Positions 48,535-57,961 of a DNA stretch of 64,000 bases are shown here, piece by piece. The stretch's first letter is position 1. The number at the start of each line of letters is the position of its first letter. The position numbers and the translations under genes were made by a program. The DNA is from a virus: positions 6,895 through 70,894 of the IMG/VR virus record IMGVR_UViG_3300037308_000350, one strand, 5' to 3'. The notes under the pieces were generated by a model, which was not told the DNA's origin, searched no databases, and saw nothing but the letters and a program-made list of their open reading frames with translations.

Positions 48535-50287
48535 TTGATTCCTCCCATAAGAGTTCTTTATTTTTCTTTTCAGCCCAATTAGAGCATACTTTTATTTCTG
48601 CGCAAATATTAATGTCGTCTAATGGGTAATCTACCTTATTTTTAATCTCTTTAAGCAATTCATCATTTAAAAGAGCTTCTTCTACTTCAATAACAATTTC
48701 ATCGTGAACCTGATTGATTATATGAATCTTATTTTCTTTTACCAGAGGATATAATTTAATAAGAGCGTTCTTAGCTATATCAGCTTCGCTACCAACTATT
48801 ACTGAATTAAAGGCTTCTCTATCAAGAAAAGCTTTGTAGCCATCTTTGACATTAGGTAGCCATTCTAAGTGTCTTTTACGATTGAATAAGGTAATGACAT
48901 AATTATTTTTATGAAAACATTCCAAGACCTTTTTCTTAAAATAAAAAACATTCTTATAGCTTTCCTTAAAGTTATTATATATTCTTTCTGCTTCAGGCAA
49001 TAATTGTTCCTCTGTTAATTCTGGTCTATAGGGTCTTAATTCTCTAACTAAACCCTTTGTAGAGAGCCCATATATAATTCCAAAGTTAAGTATCTTCGCA
49101 AAATCTCTTTCTGATTCGTTGATGTCTTCTTTTCCAAAAGTTAATTTGGCTGTAAGCTTATGAATATCCCCATTCTCAGAGAAAGCCTTTAAAAATACTT
49201 TTTCCTGCGCCATATGAGCAAGTATTCTTAAGTGCATCTGAGAATAATCAATAACTAACAACTTATGCCCTTCTGGAGCAATATACATTTCACGGATGCG
49301 GTCTTCTTTCTTTGTAATCTGTTGCGTATTTGGTCTTTCTGCGGATAGTCTTCCTACCCTTGTTCCTGTAATATTAAAATGAGGATGAATCCTGCTGTCT
49401 TCTCCAACTCTTTCTTTAACTGGAGTAATAAAAGTATTTAAGGTTTTAACTTTCTCTCTATAATCAAGTATTCTAATTGCCAACTCAACTCCCTGATTCT
49501 TAAGTGTATGCAAAACCTCTGTGTCTGTAGAATTCTTGTTTCCTTTTTTAGTCTTTTTCACAGGAGTTAATCCCATTACTTCAAAAAACATTTTTGATAA
49601 TTGAGCAGGAGAATTAATATCAATTTTATTAGGGCAAACCTCAAGCGCTTTTTCTTCAAGCCTAATTACTTCCTCTTTATATTCTTTGTCTAAAACCTCA
49701 AGCTTATTTTTATCAACATACATTCCGTATCTTTGGGCTGATAAAAGAACAGGTATGAGATTAAATTCAAACTTTAATTTATCGTGAGGAAGCTTTTCTT
49801 TATAAAAATCAAATAAGCGCTCTGTAACAGCTAACTGGCGTTTACAGTGCTGGGCTAACTCAATAATATCTGGGTTTTTAAAGTTCTTATACTCGGTTAT
49901 ATCTACCTTAAATTTATTTTTTGCTAAATCAATAAGTTTATGAGACTGATTTTCATCCTCTACCCAAGAAGCTATTTGAGTGCAAAAGATATTTTCAGTA
50001 AACTTAAAGCCAGCTATATTTAAAAGGTTTAAGTCAAACATTGCATTGTGAATAATTATATAGGAACAATTTACTAACATATCTTCAAATACTTCCCTAT
50101 CTAATAACTCATAAGGGATTAAATAATCCTGCTTTTCATATCTAATTCCTATTAAAAGAATTTGGCAATTATCTTCTAACCCTGTTGTTTCAAGGTCAAA
50201 AGTAAAAGGCGTATTTGCTTTAAAGTCAATCTGGTCAAAACTGTGAAGAACGCCTTCCTGTAATCCTTTTAATATTATTTCGTTCAT
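48524..50287 (-). CDS. polA: family A DNA polymerase (3'-5' exo domain plus polymerase), atypical residues
   Basis: DLETTG, HNAMFD, TRVGRLSAERPNTQQI, DYSQMHLR, RDFAKILNFGIIYG, QVHDEI. Confidence 0.95.
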   Translation of the reverse strand: MNEIILKGLQEGVLHSFDQIDFKANTPFTFDLETTGLEDNCQILLIGIRYEKQDYLIPYELLDREVFEDMLVNCSYIIIHNAMFDLNLLNIAGFKFTENIFCTQIASWVEDENQSHKLIDLAKNKFKVDITEYKNFKNPDIIELAQHCKRQLAVTERLFDFYKEKLPHDKLKFEFNLIPVLLSAQRYGMYVDKNKLEVLDKEYKEEVIRLEEKALEVCPNKIDINSPAQLSKMFFEVMGLTPVKKTKKGNKNSTDTEVLHTLKNQGVELAIRILDYREKVKTLNTFITPVKERVGEDSRIHPHFNITGTRVGRLSAERPNTQQITKKEDRIREMYIAPEGHKLLVIDYSQMHLRILAHMAQEKVFLKAFSENGDIHKLTAKLTFGKEDINESERDFAKILNFGIIYGLSTKGLVRELRPYRPELTEEQLLPEAERIYNNFKESYKNVFYFKKKVLECFHKNNYVITLFNRKRHLEWLPNVKDGYKAFLDREAFNSVIVGSEADIAKNALIKLYPLVKENKIHIINQVHDEIVIEVEEALLNDELLKEIKNKVDYPLDDINICAEIKVCSNWAEKKNKELLWEESNEI

Positions 50288-50865
50288 CTCACCAATCCTG
50301 TTAGGGCTAAAATAATAGCATCACATATATTGTCGTCTTCTAAATCCACTTCCAGAAGATTGCTTACCCATTGAATTATTTCGGCTTTCTTCTGGTCTCT
50401 TTTAGACTTCTTTGGTAGCTGAGATTTAAAACCTACCTGTTTCCTTGCTGATGTAGGAAATACTATTCTTATATTTTCAAAATAATCAAATAACTCAGCG
50501 TAAAGTAATCCCATAAATCCCTTTAAGAATCCAAAAGTCCAAGGGTCAAAAGATAAGAAGGAGTTTTCTAAAACTAATATTGTTTTTGAATTAGCTTTTT
50601 TATTCTCACACATTCTCTTCTTAAAATCTCTTATCATAATAAGTAAAGCATTTAGAGATTCTTCATACTTCGCTGACTTATCTTCAGTGTCTCTTGGAAT
50701 TTTTGGAATTTTAATTATTTCTGTTTCAATAATTACTTTATTATTTGTGGTAGTAATAATTGCCACTCCAGAGGTAGAGGCGGTATCTATTCCTACACAA
50801 AAAGCGTTCTTTTGAATAGGAATTCCCAGCTTTCTTTCTAATTTAGGTAAAGTGATATGTATCAT
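50284..50865 (-). CDS. ruvC: RuvC-like Holliday junction resolvase
   Basis: VGID..STSGVA, LVLE, PTSARK, DNICDAI. Confidence 0.8.
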   Translation of the reverse strand: MIHITLPKLERKLGIPIQKNAFCVGIDTASTSGVAIITTTNNKVIIETEIIKIPKIPRDTEDKSAKYEESLNALLIMIRDFKKRMCENKKANSKTILVLENSFLSFDPWTFGFLKGFMGLLYAELFDYFENIRIVFPTSARKQVGFKSQLPKKSKRDQKKAEIIQWVSNLLEVDLEDDNICDAIILALTGLVR

Positions 50866-51101
50866 TATACCACCTGTAGTCTGCGCTTCATTTCACACTT
50901 AGGGCAAATCCTTGATTCGGCATCCTTTACTGTTTTAGCTTTGATGACTCCTTCATAATGACATAAGGAACACTTTACTTTGAAATCAACTTTAGGTCTA
51001 CAATTATCGCAAGTATATCCATTAGAGTTAGCCCTAAACTTATTGGATACTTTGACTTCTTTCTTGCACTCTTTACATATTTCAGTTCTGGTTTCTGCCA
51101 T
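50865..51101 (-). CDS. double zinc-ribbon protein (start reassigned to MAETRT)
   Basis: CKEC, CDNC, CSLC, CPKC; AGGAG RBS. Confidence 0.65.
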   Translation of the reverse strand: MAETRTEICKECKKEVKVSNKFRANSNGYTCDNCRPKVDFKVKCSLCHYEGVIKAKTVKDAESRICPKCEMKRRLQVV

Positions 51102-51111
51102 TGTAGACTCC

Positions 51112-52170
51112 TTAAAATATTTCGCTTTCTTTTGTTTTAACAAAGCCTGTATTAAAATAAAAAGGAATATGAAGGTCGCTAAGTTCTGGTTTACTGTTGC
51201 TTTTCTTTGTCTTTTCAATCTTTAATACGCAATCAAACCCTATTTTAATTTCATCAAACTTAGGTTTACCTTTTTCATCCTTTTCATCTAATTCTATCTT
51301 TGTAGTAGGAGCATCTGCGCCCTGACCTTTTCTCATATAAATAGTGAGCATAGACCAGTGCTTTACTGCGTGTCCACCTGTTAAGCCTTCCTTTGTAATA
51401 AAAGAGCCTATTCCCTCTGTTCTTACCTGACCTATTAAGATAACTCCAACCTTTCCTTGATATATAAATGGCGCTGTTCTGCGCAAGAATTTACCCATCT
51501 TACGAGCCAGAAGAGCCATTTCTGATTGCTTCATAGACCTTTCTTTTTCTGCTTTCCCTTCAAACTGTTCTTCTGAAGGAGACATTGCTTGAATTGAATC
51601 AATGATAATTAGGTCTACTGCTTTTTCTTTCGCCAATTTAATTACTATATCCATTGCTTGTTCGGCAGTTGTGCAATCCTCAATCAAGGCTAATTGCTCT
51701 GGGTCAACTCCGAAATCCTTCATTCTGCTGACATCTAAGGTATGTTCCAAATCAATATAGGCGCATACCTTTCCCTTTTTCTGGGCTTCAGCAATTTGCG
51801 TAATAGCTAAAGTCGTTTTACCTACACCTTCTCCACCGTAGAAGATTACAAAATTACCAACTACAGCTCCTCCTCCAGCAAATTCATCTAAAGGAGTTAC
51901 TCCAAAAGGTAAACTTTCTTTAGGAGGCTCTTCATTAGCAAATTTTACCATAGAAGGATTTTTAAATTCTTTATTTATTTCCTTCATAACCTTGAGAAGT
52001 TTTTCTTTCTTCTCATAAACTATTTCTTCTTTTGTTTCTCTCACTTCAGCCTTCTTTATTTTTTCTTCAGCTTCAGCGAGCTTTTTTTCAGGTTCTTTAC
52101 AGCCAATATCCTTGAAAACATTACCAGAACCTTTGGTTATTTTATTTTTTGAGCCTTTAGTTCTACCCAT
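51112..52170 (-). CDS. recA: RecA/UvsX recombinase with N-terminal extension
   Basis: GGEGVGKTT, YIDLEH, LIIIDSI, ILIGQVR, GGHAVKH. Confidence 0.93.
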   Translation of the reverse strand: MGRTKGSKNKITKGSGNVFKDIGCKEPEKKLAEAEEKIKKAEVRETKEEIVYEKKEKLLKVMKEINKEFKNPSMVKFANEEPPKESLPFGVTPLDEFAGGGAVVGNFVIFYGGEGVGKTTLAITQIAEAQKKGKVCAYIDLEHTLDVSRMKDFGVDPEQLALIEDCTTAEQAMDIVIKLAKEKAVDLIIIDSIQAMSPSEEQFEGKAEKERSMKQSEMALLARKMGKFLRRTAPFIYQGKVGVILIGQVRTEGIGSFITKEGLTGGHAVKHWSMLTIYMRKGQGADAPTTKIELDEKDEKGKPKFDEIKIGFDCVLKIEKTKKSNSKPELSDLHIPFYFNTGFVKTKESEIF

Positions 52171-52345
52171 CTAAGTCTCCTTTTATTTGCTTCCTTAGTT
52201 CTTGATTAGATTTAGCTCTATTAAACTTTTTATCTGAATCTTTAACTCTGGTCTTAGGATTAATATCCCAAGTCCTTCTAATACTTTTATAAACGTCATA
52301 TGTTGAAATCTTTTTATTTTTCATACCCAAAAGCTTTATAAGCAA
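52163..52345 (-). CDS. small basic hypothetical protein
   Basis: IRRTWDINPKTRVK. Confidence 0.5.
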   Translation of the reverse strand: MLIKLLGMKNKKISTYDVYKSIRRTWDINPKTRVKDSDKKFNRAKSNQELRKQIKGDLDG

Positions 52346-52649
52346 TATTAAAAAAATCTTTAATATCTAAGGAAACAAAGGTATCTCCAAGACTATTTTT
52401 TTGAACTAATATAGGCACTCTTGTAGAATTGATAGGTAATTCCCTTAAAAGCTTTTGCCATATATCGTGATTTAAAACAACATTCTTTCTATCCCAATTC
52501 TTGCACTCAACCATAAAATACTTATTATTAACATCCCCAAGTTCGGTTGAGCCACCAGAATTGCGAGTGGGTCTGGCATATTTATCCAGAGGCTTGATAT
52601 ATTCAGCTACAACCCACTCTAATTGTTGTCCTTTTTCTTTATTATCCAT
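52314..52649 (-). CDS. Hjc-like PD-(D/E)xK endonuclease
   Basis: E..V..SGG..GDV..VECK. Confidence 0.75.
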   Translation of the reverse strand: MDNKEKGQQLEWVVAEYIKPLDKYARPTRNSGGSTELGDVNNKYFMVECKNWDRKNVVLNHDIWQKLLRELPINSTRVPILVQKNSLGDTFVSLDIKDFFNIAYKAFGYEK

Positions 52650-54520
52650 TAGAATAAATTATCCTTAGATTTTAATTCTTTCGTTTCTGGATTATAAACG
52701 CAATCAATTTTATAACTTCTAAAGTTACCTTTAGGTTCTTTTATTTTTTCTACTTCAAAATGACCTTCTCTTCCATCCTCAGAATCATAGATGTATTTTG
52801 TAGCAAAGGAGGGAAATTGAAGCGCCATATTTTTAGCAAACCACTCATCATTTTCTTTTAGCTGAGTAAAAATAATGAGTAATCCACCCTTTGATTGCAT
52901 TTCTTCGTTTAAGTGTTTAAATACTACATCTGTTTCGCTTTTGTCTTCAACCAATAACCAGTCAATAATAGTAACTGAATTAGGTTCTATTTCAATTGAC
53001 AATGGGTTTGAATGATAAGCGTGAAAGTATGAACCTGTAGGAATATTTAAAATCTTTTCTATCTTCTGAAATCTACTTCCAGACTCAGAATAAATATAGT
53101 AAGGTTTTAAATTTTGTTTCACAAAGGTTTGAATAAAATTCATAGCTATAGTTGTTTTTCCTACGTTTGTTCTACCTCCAATTAATATAATATCTCCAGC
53201 TTGGAAAGAGGATATTTCATTAAAGTAAGCTATCTTATAAGGCAAGGTAACTCCCAGCTCAGTATGCTGGTCGCTCCATTCAATCTTCTCACGATACTTG
53301 TATCTTCCTCTGCCAAATCGTATAGCCTTTCTCTCTTTTACAAACTTGGAAAGATATTTGTCTATAATAGCCCTATTAATCTTCAAACTTTCCATTACGT
53401 CTTTTGCTGTTACTTCACCCTGCTGTTTCAAGTATTCGTAAACTTGTTTTTCAAGAGTTAAATCTTCTCCTTTACGATACCTATCCAATTGCTGTAACAT
53501 TTTCATTATTTCAACTTTAGATAGGGGAGGCACAAAGAAGGTTTGAGAAATAAGCATAAGTATTTCTGCTGTTCTCTCAATATCGTATTTGTGCGATAAC
53601 ACTCCACCCATTGAAATCAGGAGGTCATTTCTTCCCTCTCCTTCTTTTAAGGTTTTAACTCCTGCTACTTCTTGAGCAGAGAGTAGAGCATTGTCTAATT
53701 TAGATTCGTCTATCCCTTTGACGCTTGCCTTTACTGGTTTTAATTCTATGAGTTTCTTTTTTAACTCTTCAGGAATTTTCTTTATTTCATTTCCTAAGTT
53801 GAGAAACTCATATTTACCGTCTAATGTCTTAGAAGGCTGAATCACAACATACCCACCAGAGTTTCTGGTATCAATTTTAGAATTTCCAAAATTAACGCCT
53901 TGAGGAATCTCTTCATCAAATTGAAAAATAAAGTGAGTTCCTCCTCTTGGGCTTTTCTGCCTTAATGTATTAGAGTCCTCCAGTAGCTTCATTAATTCAG
54001 TTCTCAGGGCTACATCATTAGCTTCTTTATAGGTATCAGCGTCAATGATAGTTACATTACTATCCTTGCCTGTTTTTAATCCTATATTATAGCCCTTACT
54101 GGAGAATCTTATCCAGTCAACTTTATTCTTGTAGTTTGAATTTTGCCATCCCTCTTCTACAGGAATTTTAGAATCCTTTCCTATGGGAATTAAAGACCAG
54201 CCATAATTCTTATAGGCATCAAACTCCTTATATACATCTAAATCTAAGGATTCAATGAGGTATTCTGTAATCTGCGCATCTGTCCAGTTCGCTTTATCTA
54301 CCTCTAACATCTTTACTACGCTATAAATAGTGCCTTTATAACCACACTCCAAGCACATAACCTTACCCACATCATCAGTAGTAAACATAGCTGAAGGTAA
54401 ATCCTTCTTAAGCTTATGAGGAGCTGGACAAGTAAAGAGGAATTGACCTCTTTTATTACTTGTTTGAAATTCAGGTATCTTAGTTTTAAGATACTCTATA
54501 AATTTCTTGCTAATGTCCAT
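52649..54520 (-). CDS. primase-helicase: Zn finger, bifunctional Prim-Pol, PriCT, wHTH, RecA-fold P-loop domain
   Basis: CPAPH..CLEC; IPI..K.P..GW, NIGLKTG, IIDAD, SPRGGTHF; EGEGRND; GGRTNVGKTT. Confidence 0.85.
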   Translation of the reverse strand: MDISKKFIEYLKTKIPEFQTSNKRGQFLFTCPAPHKLKKDLPSAMFTTDDVGKVMCLECGYKGTIYSVVKMLEVDKANWTDAQITEYLIESLDLDVYKEFDAYKNYGWSLIPIGKDSKIPVEEGWQNSNYKNKVDWIRFSSKGYNIGLKTGKDSNVTIIDADTYKEANDVALRTELMKLLEDSNTLRQKSPRGGTHFIFQFDEEIPQGVNFGNSKIDTRNSGGYVVIQPSKTLDGKYEFLNLGNEIKKIPEELKKKLIELKPVKASVKGIDESKLDNALLSAQEVAGVKTLKEGEGRNDLLISMGGVLSHKYDIERTAEILMLISQTFFVPPLSKVEIMKMLQQLDRYRKGEDLTLEKQVYEYLKQQGEVTAKDVMESLKINRAIIDKYLSKFVKERKAIRFGRGRYKYREKIEWSDQHTELGVTLPYKIAYFNEISSFQAGDIILIGGRTNVGKTTIAMNFIQTFVKQNLKPYYIYSESGSRFQKIEKILNIPTGSYFHAYHSNPLSIEIEPNSVTIIDWLLVEDKSETDVVFKHLNEEMQSKGGLLIIFTQLKENDEWFAKNMALQFPSFATKYIYDSEDGREGHFEVEKIKEPKGNFRSYKIDCVYNPETKELKSKDNLF

Positions 54521-54544
54521 TACCTTCTCCTCTCCGAAACCTAT

Positions 54545-55012
54545 TTATATTGATAACCAGTCTACAAACTGATTAGCTACTTTTAAAACCATTTCTTTAA
54601 GCGTATCTGGGTCTTCTGTTCTTCCAGAGAATAAAGCGCAAGAAGCATTGAGGGCGTTTCCTCTGATTATATGTCTCTGCTTTTCTGCTTCCTGTTCTGG
54701 AGTAAGCTTTGTCCAAGAGCTACCAGCATTTGACTGAGCGCTCTTCTGCTGAGTTCCTTCAGCTTTAGGGTCGGCTTTCTTTTCTTCTGCTGGAGGAGGC
54801 GTTGTAGCTGAGGTAATAGTCAATTTCTTAACTATCCTCTTATATTTTCCTTCCATTTCGTAGCCTACCTCTACTTCATTACCTTTAGCAACCGTTTTAA
54901 GAAGGTCTATATTGGCTTTGTCGTCTTCTTTGACGTTATACCAATCGTTTCCTATCTTAAAAGAAATACCATTACCAGCTTTACAAGCTACTTTTCCCTT
55001 AATCGTTTCCAT
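54545..55012 (-). CDS. hypothetical protein (OB-like N-domain, Pro/Ala linker, helical C-domain)
   Basis: ORF in replication cluster. Confidence 0.55.
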   Translation of the reverse strand: METIKGKVACKAGNGISFKIGNDWYNVKEDDKANIDLLKTVAKGNEVEVGYEMEGKYKRIVKKLTITSATTPPPAEEKKADPKAEGTQQKSAQSNAGSSWTKLTPEQEAEKQRHIIRGNALNASCALFSGRTEDPDTLKEMVLKVANQFVDWLSI

Positions 55013-55346
55013 CTTTTTCTTCCTCCGTTAAAGGTATTACTTGATTAGCTCTAATTTTGGTTTTACTTTGCTTTTTTCCGTCTTTGTCTTCCCAGCTTTC
55101 TTGAATCAAGACTCCTAAAACAAGAACTGGACTACCCTTGCTTAATACTTGAACCAGTTCTTTTGCTTTCTTTCCCCAAACAACTACATCAATAAACAAA
55201 GAATCATTTTTAACTTCTCCTTGTTTATTTTTTGTTGTGCGAGTATTAACAATCGTTATATTTGTTACAGAAACTTTATCATTAATTTGTTTCAACTCTG
55301 GGTCTCTAACAACCTTACCCGAAATGGTAATGTCATTAATCTGCAT
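54999..55346 (-). CDS. ssb: single-stranded DNA-binding protein
   Basis: ISGKVVRDPELK, FIDVVVWG, KGSPVLV.G.L..ESWEDKDG. Confidence 0.92.
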   Translation of the reverse strand: MQINDITISGKVVRDPELKQINDKVSVTNITIVNTRTTKNKQGEVKNDSLFIDVVVWGKKAKELVQVLSKGSPVLVLGVLIQESWEDKDGKKQSKTKIRANQVIPLTEEEKDGND

Positions 55347-56148
55347 CTTTTTCTCCCTTCTTTTTTCTTTCCTTTTTTACCACAGGTTTTTGTGGTAAAT
55401 AAATCTCTTCTATCTTTTGCCTTAAAGAATAATAAGGTATTTTATTTAAATCTAAAGTTTTTATTGGTAAATTAGATAACTGCCATCTAATAGCTGTCTC
55501 CAAATCTGGAGGAAGTTCCAATAAAGACACTACTTTTTTCCTTCTCTCTAATTCTTGGTCGTTTTGTGGCGCTCCTAAAAGATTATCTGAAACGTCTCCT
55601 TTCATTATTTTTTCCTGCAATACTTTATAACCATTAGGAATATCTTTGAATTCTTTTTTCAAAATACTAAATACTTTTACATTAGGATAAACAACTAATT
55701 GCTCCCAATCCCTGTCAGAAGAGACTAAAATAACTTCTTCATTTTCAAAATACCTGCAAGCAACTGAAGCCCAATCATCTGCTTCTACTTTGGGTAATTC
55801 TACAAAACACCAAGGAACTGCCCTTCTTAACTTTTCGTTGAATTCTTTAAAATCTTTATATATTTCTTTCCACCAGTCTGCATTTTCTAATGCTTCTCTG
55901 TTCTCTTTTCTTTGGGCTTTATACTGAGGGTCAATAGCTCTTCTCCAGCTACCCAAAGGAGAATCCATAGCAACTATTATTTTATCCTCATAGTCCAGCC
56001 CTAATTTATTTAAGCAAGCTATCATCATTCTTAAATAAAGATATGTAACAGGAACACCTGAAGGGTTTACTCTAAAGGAAAATATCGCCCTGTGCATCAG
56101 GTATCCGTTATCTACGATAACTACTTTTTGTTTCTTTTCGTTATCCAT
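55336..56148 (-). CDS. 5'-3' exonuclease (FEN/T4 RNase H-like); start reassigned to MDNEKK
   Basis: IVDNGYL, WRRAIDPQYKAQR, EADD, SSDRDW, GDVSDN. Confidence 0.9.
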   Translation of the reverse strand: MDNEKKQKVVIVDNGYLMHRAIFSFRVNPSGVPVTYLYLRMMIACLNKLGLDYEDKIIVAMDSPLGSWRRAIDPQYKAQRKENREALENADWWKEIYKDFKEFNEKLRRAVPWCFVELPKVEADDWASVACRYFENEEVILVSSDRDWEQLVVYPNVKVFSILKKEFKDIPNGYKVLQEKIMKGDVSDNLLGAPQNDQELERRKKVVSLLELPPDLETAIRWQLSNLPIKTLDLNKIPYYSLRQKIEEIYLPQKPVVKKERKKKGEKDAD

Positions 56149-56410
56149 TAATTTTCTCCAATACAAATTGCGGAAACCATACTTCTTCACCAGCAGGGTC
56201 GTATTGACCTTGTTTTGTTCCTTCAATTCTTACTAAATACCACCAATACTTTAAGCCACAAAACTTAGCTGGTTTTTTAAGTAGAACAATAGCTGTCTTT
56301 CCATAATATAAGGCAGAGTTATCACCATCCTTTATCAATACTTTACTTTGATAAGGTATGGGTTCTGGAAAATCTCTATAATCAAAATCAAACTCTACCT
56401 GTTCTGGCAT
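56141..56410 (-). CDS. hypothetical protein (SH3-like beta pattern)
   Basis: Coupled ORF. Confidence 0.55.
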   Translation of the reverse strand: MPEQVEFDFDYRDFPEPIPYQSKVLIKDGDNSALYYGKTAIVLLKKPAKFCGLKYWWYLVRIEGTKQGQYDPAGEEVWFPQFVLEKING

Positions 56411-56862
56411 TATTCTACTGGTTTATGTTTATTGTTGTTTTCAAGCCTGTTCAACTGAGACTGAACAGTAATAATTGCCTTTTCACAAGAGCGCACATAG
56501 GATTCAAAGATGTTTCTTGTCCTTATAATTAAGCCTACTGACTTATGGGCTTCAATTTTTAAGGCATCTGCGGTCATTTTTTTACCGCCTGTTTCGGCTT
56601 CTACTCGTAAAGCAGAATAAGCTTTGTCTTCTTCAATTTCTTTTACAGCCTGAAGAACATTGAAAATCGGTTCAAAGAACATATATTGCCCTGTTAGGAT
56701 GTTCAGAGCTTGTTTATATTCGTCTCCTGTAGCAAAAGCATCCTCCCTAAACATATCTTTATACTTCTCAACTTCATTGATTGCATCTGCGCAATCTGTG
56801 AGAAGTTGTGTAAGTCCTTCTTCGCCTTTATCAATGTAAGAAACTATTTTGTCGTATCGCAT
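56410..56862 (-). CDS. helical hypothetical protein, possibly a recombination mediator
   Basis: All-alpha ORF in replication cluster. Confidence 0.45.
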   Translation of the reverse strand: MRYDKIVSYIDKGEEGLTQLLTDCADAINEVEKYKDMFREDAFATGDEYKQALNILTGQYMFFEPIFNVLQAVKEIEEDKAYSALRVEAETGGKKMTADALKIEAHKSVGLIIRTRNIFESYVRSCEKAIITVQSQLNRLENNNKHKPVE

Positions 56863-57224
56863 TTTTTAATCTCCCTTTCTTTAATTACTTCGTGAAGATA
56901 CCCTTGCACATTGAATAATAAAGCGCAAAGAGCCTCTTCCATAGTAATATCTTCGTTTCTTTGTTTATCAAACCGTTTAAAACCTCTGTGAATAAACCAC
57001 ACATCTAAAAAGTGTCTCCACATTGATTTCATATAAGCATCTTTGGGGATACCTTTTTGCCAATTATCTGAAGCTCTTAATGAGCCATCAGACTGTTTCC
57101 TATGTTTTGTCATATAATCACCAAAGCGCTCAATAACCTGCGGAGATAAAAATCCTTCGTAGTCATTTTTACCTGCATCCGTATCTCTTGTAGCTCCTGT
57201 TTCAAACTTCCTTATCTCACCCAT
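56844..57224 (-). CDS. DUF5664-like dATP/dGTP diphosphohydrolase
   Basis: RKFETGATRD..GK.DY, NWQKGIP, SMWRH, ALLFN. Confidence 0.75.
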   Translation of the reverse strand: MGEIRKFETGATRDTDAGKNDYEGFLSPQVIERFGDYMTKHRKQSDGSLRASDNWQKGIPKDAYMKSMWRHFLDVWFIHRGFKRFDKQRNEDITMEEALCALLFNVQGYLHEVIKEREIKKCDTTK

Positions 57225-57673
57225 TATTTTACTCCTTTAATATAAAGTTTAAAGTTTTCCAAATCCTTAAACCTATGAGTAGCGTAAACTTTTATCCAAG
57301 GATGATGAATATATTTTTCACTTATAAAAAATATTTCTTTTCTCATAAGAACAGCGTTACACATTTCTATCGTTGTTCCAAAGCTGGGAGCTTCTACTAT
57401 GGTAAATAACCCATCACACGAAGCGAGTGCGGTTAAATCCCTTCTTACGATTAACTCGGCTGATTCTTGATTACGATTAAAGGAATTCTCAAAAGATTTA
57501 ATTCTGTCTTCTGCTTTTTGAGCTATTGCATCCAGTTCAGCCATTTCCTCTTTACGAGAAGGGTCGTCATAGAAAGGATTGTAGAGTTCTATTCCTAATT
57601 CTTCTTCCAAAGCCAATTCTATTTCTCGGAATTTAAACCTATCATTAAAATTATGAGCGAAGTAGAGGCGCAT
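57224..57673 (-). CDS. nucleoside 2-deoxyribosyltransferase/N-glycosidase-like protein
   Basis: LYFAH, YNPF, RDL..L..CDG, SFGTTIE. Confidence 0.75.
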   Translation of the reverse strand: MRLYFAHNFNDRFKFREIELALEEELGIELYNPFYDDPSRKEEMAELDAIAQKAEDRIKSFENSFNRNQESAELIVRRDLTALASCDGLFTIVEAPSFGTTIEMCNAVLMRKEIFFISEKYIHHPWIKVYATHRFKDLENFKLYIKGVK

Positions 57674-57961
57674 TTATACATCCTCCATTTTTACAATAGC
57701 TTTTCGGTTAGACAATACAAAACGCTTGAAATTAAACATTACATTTCTAACCTTGTAGTCTTCAACTTTAAAATCAGCGTTGTATTGCTTAAGCCTTGCA
57801 AAGTTGTCTTCCAATTCATCTTGATAACTAAAGATATACTTTAGTTTTAACTTCTTAGGTGGATTTTCAATATCAAAAGGCTTGTGGTCTTTACGATAAA
57901 TTACGAAAGCTTTAACAACAGACTTAAAATCCTCATCATTAATAAACAGTTTAATTCCCAT
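57674..57961 (-). CDS. hypothetical protein
   Basis: Coupled ORF. Confidence 0.55.
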   Translation of the reverse strand: MGIKLFINDEDFKSVVKAFVIYRKDHKPFDIENPPKKLKLKYIFSYQDELEDNFARLKQYNADFKVEDYKVRNVMFNFKRFVLSNRKAIVKMEDV

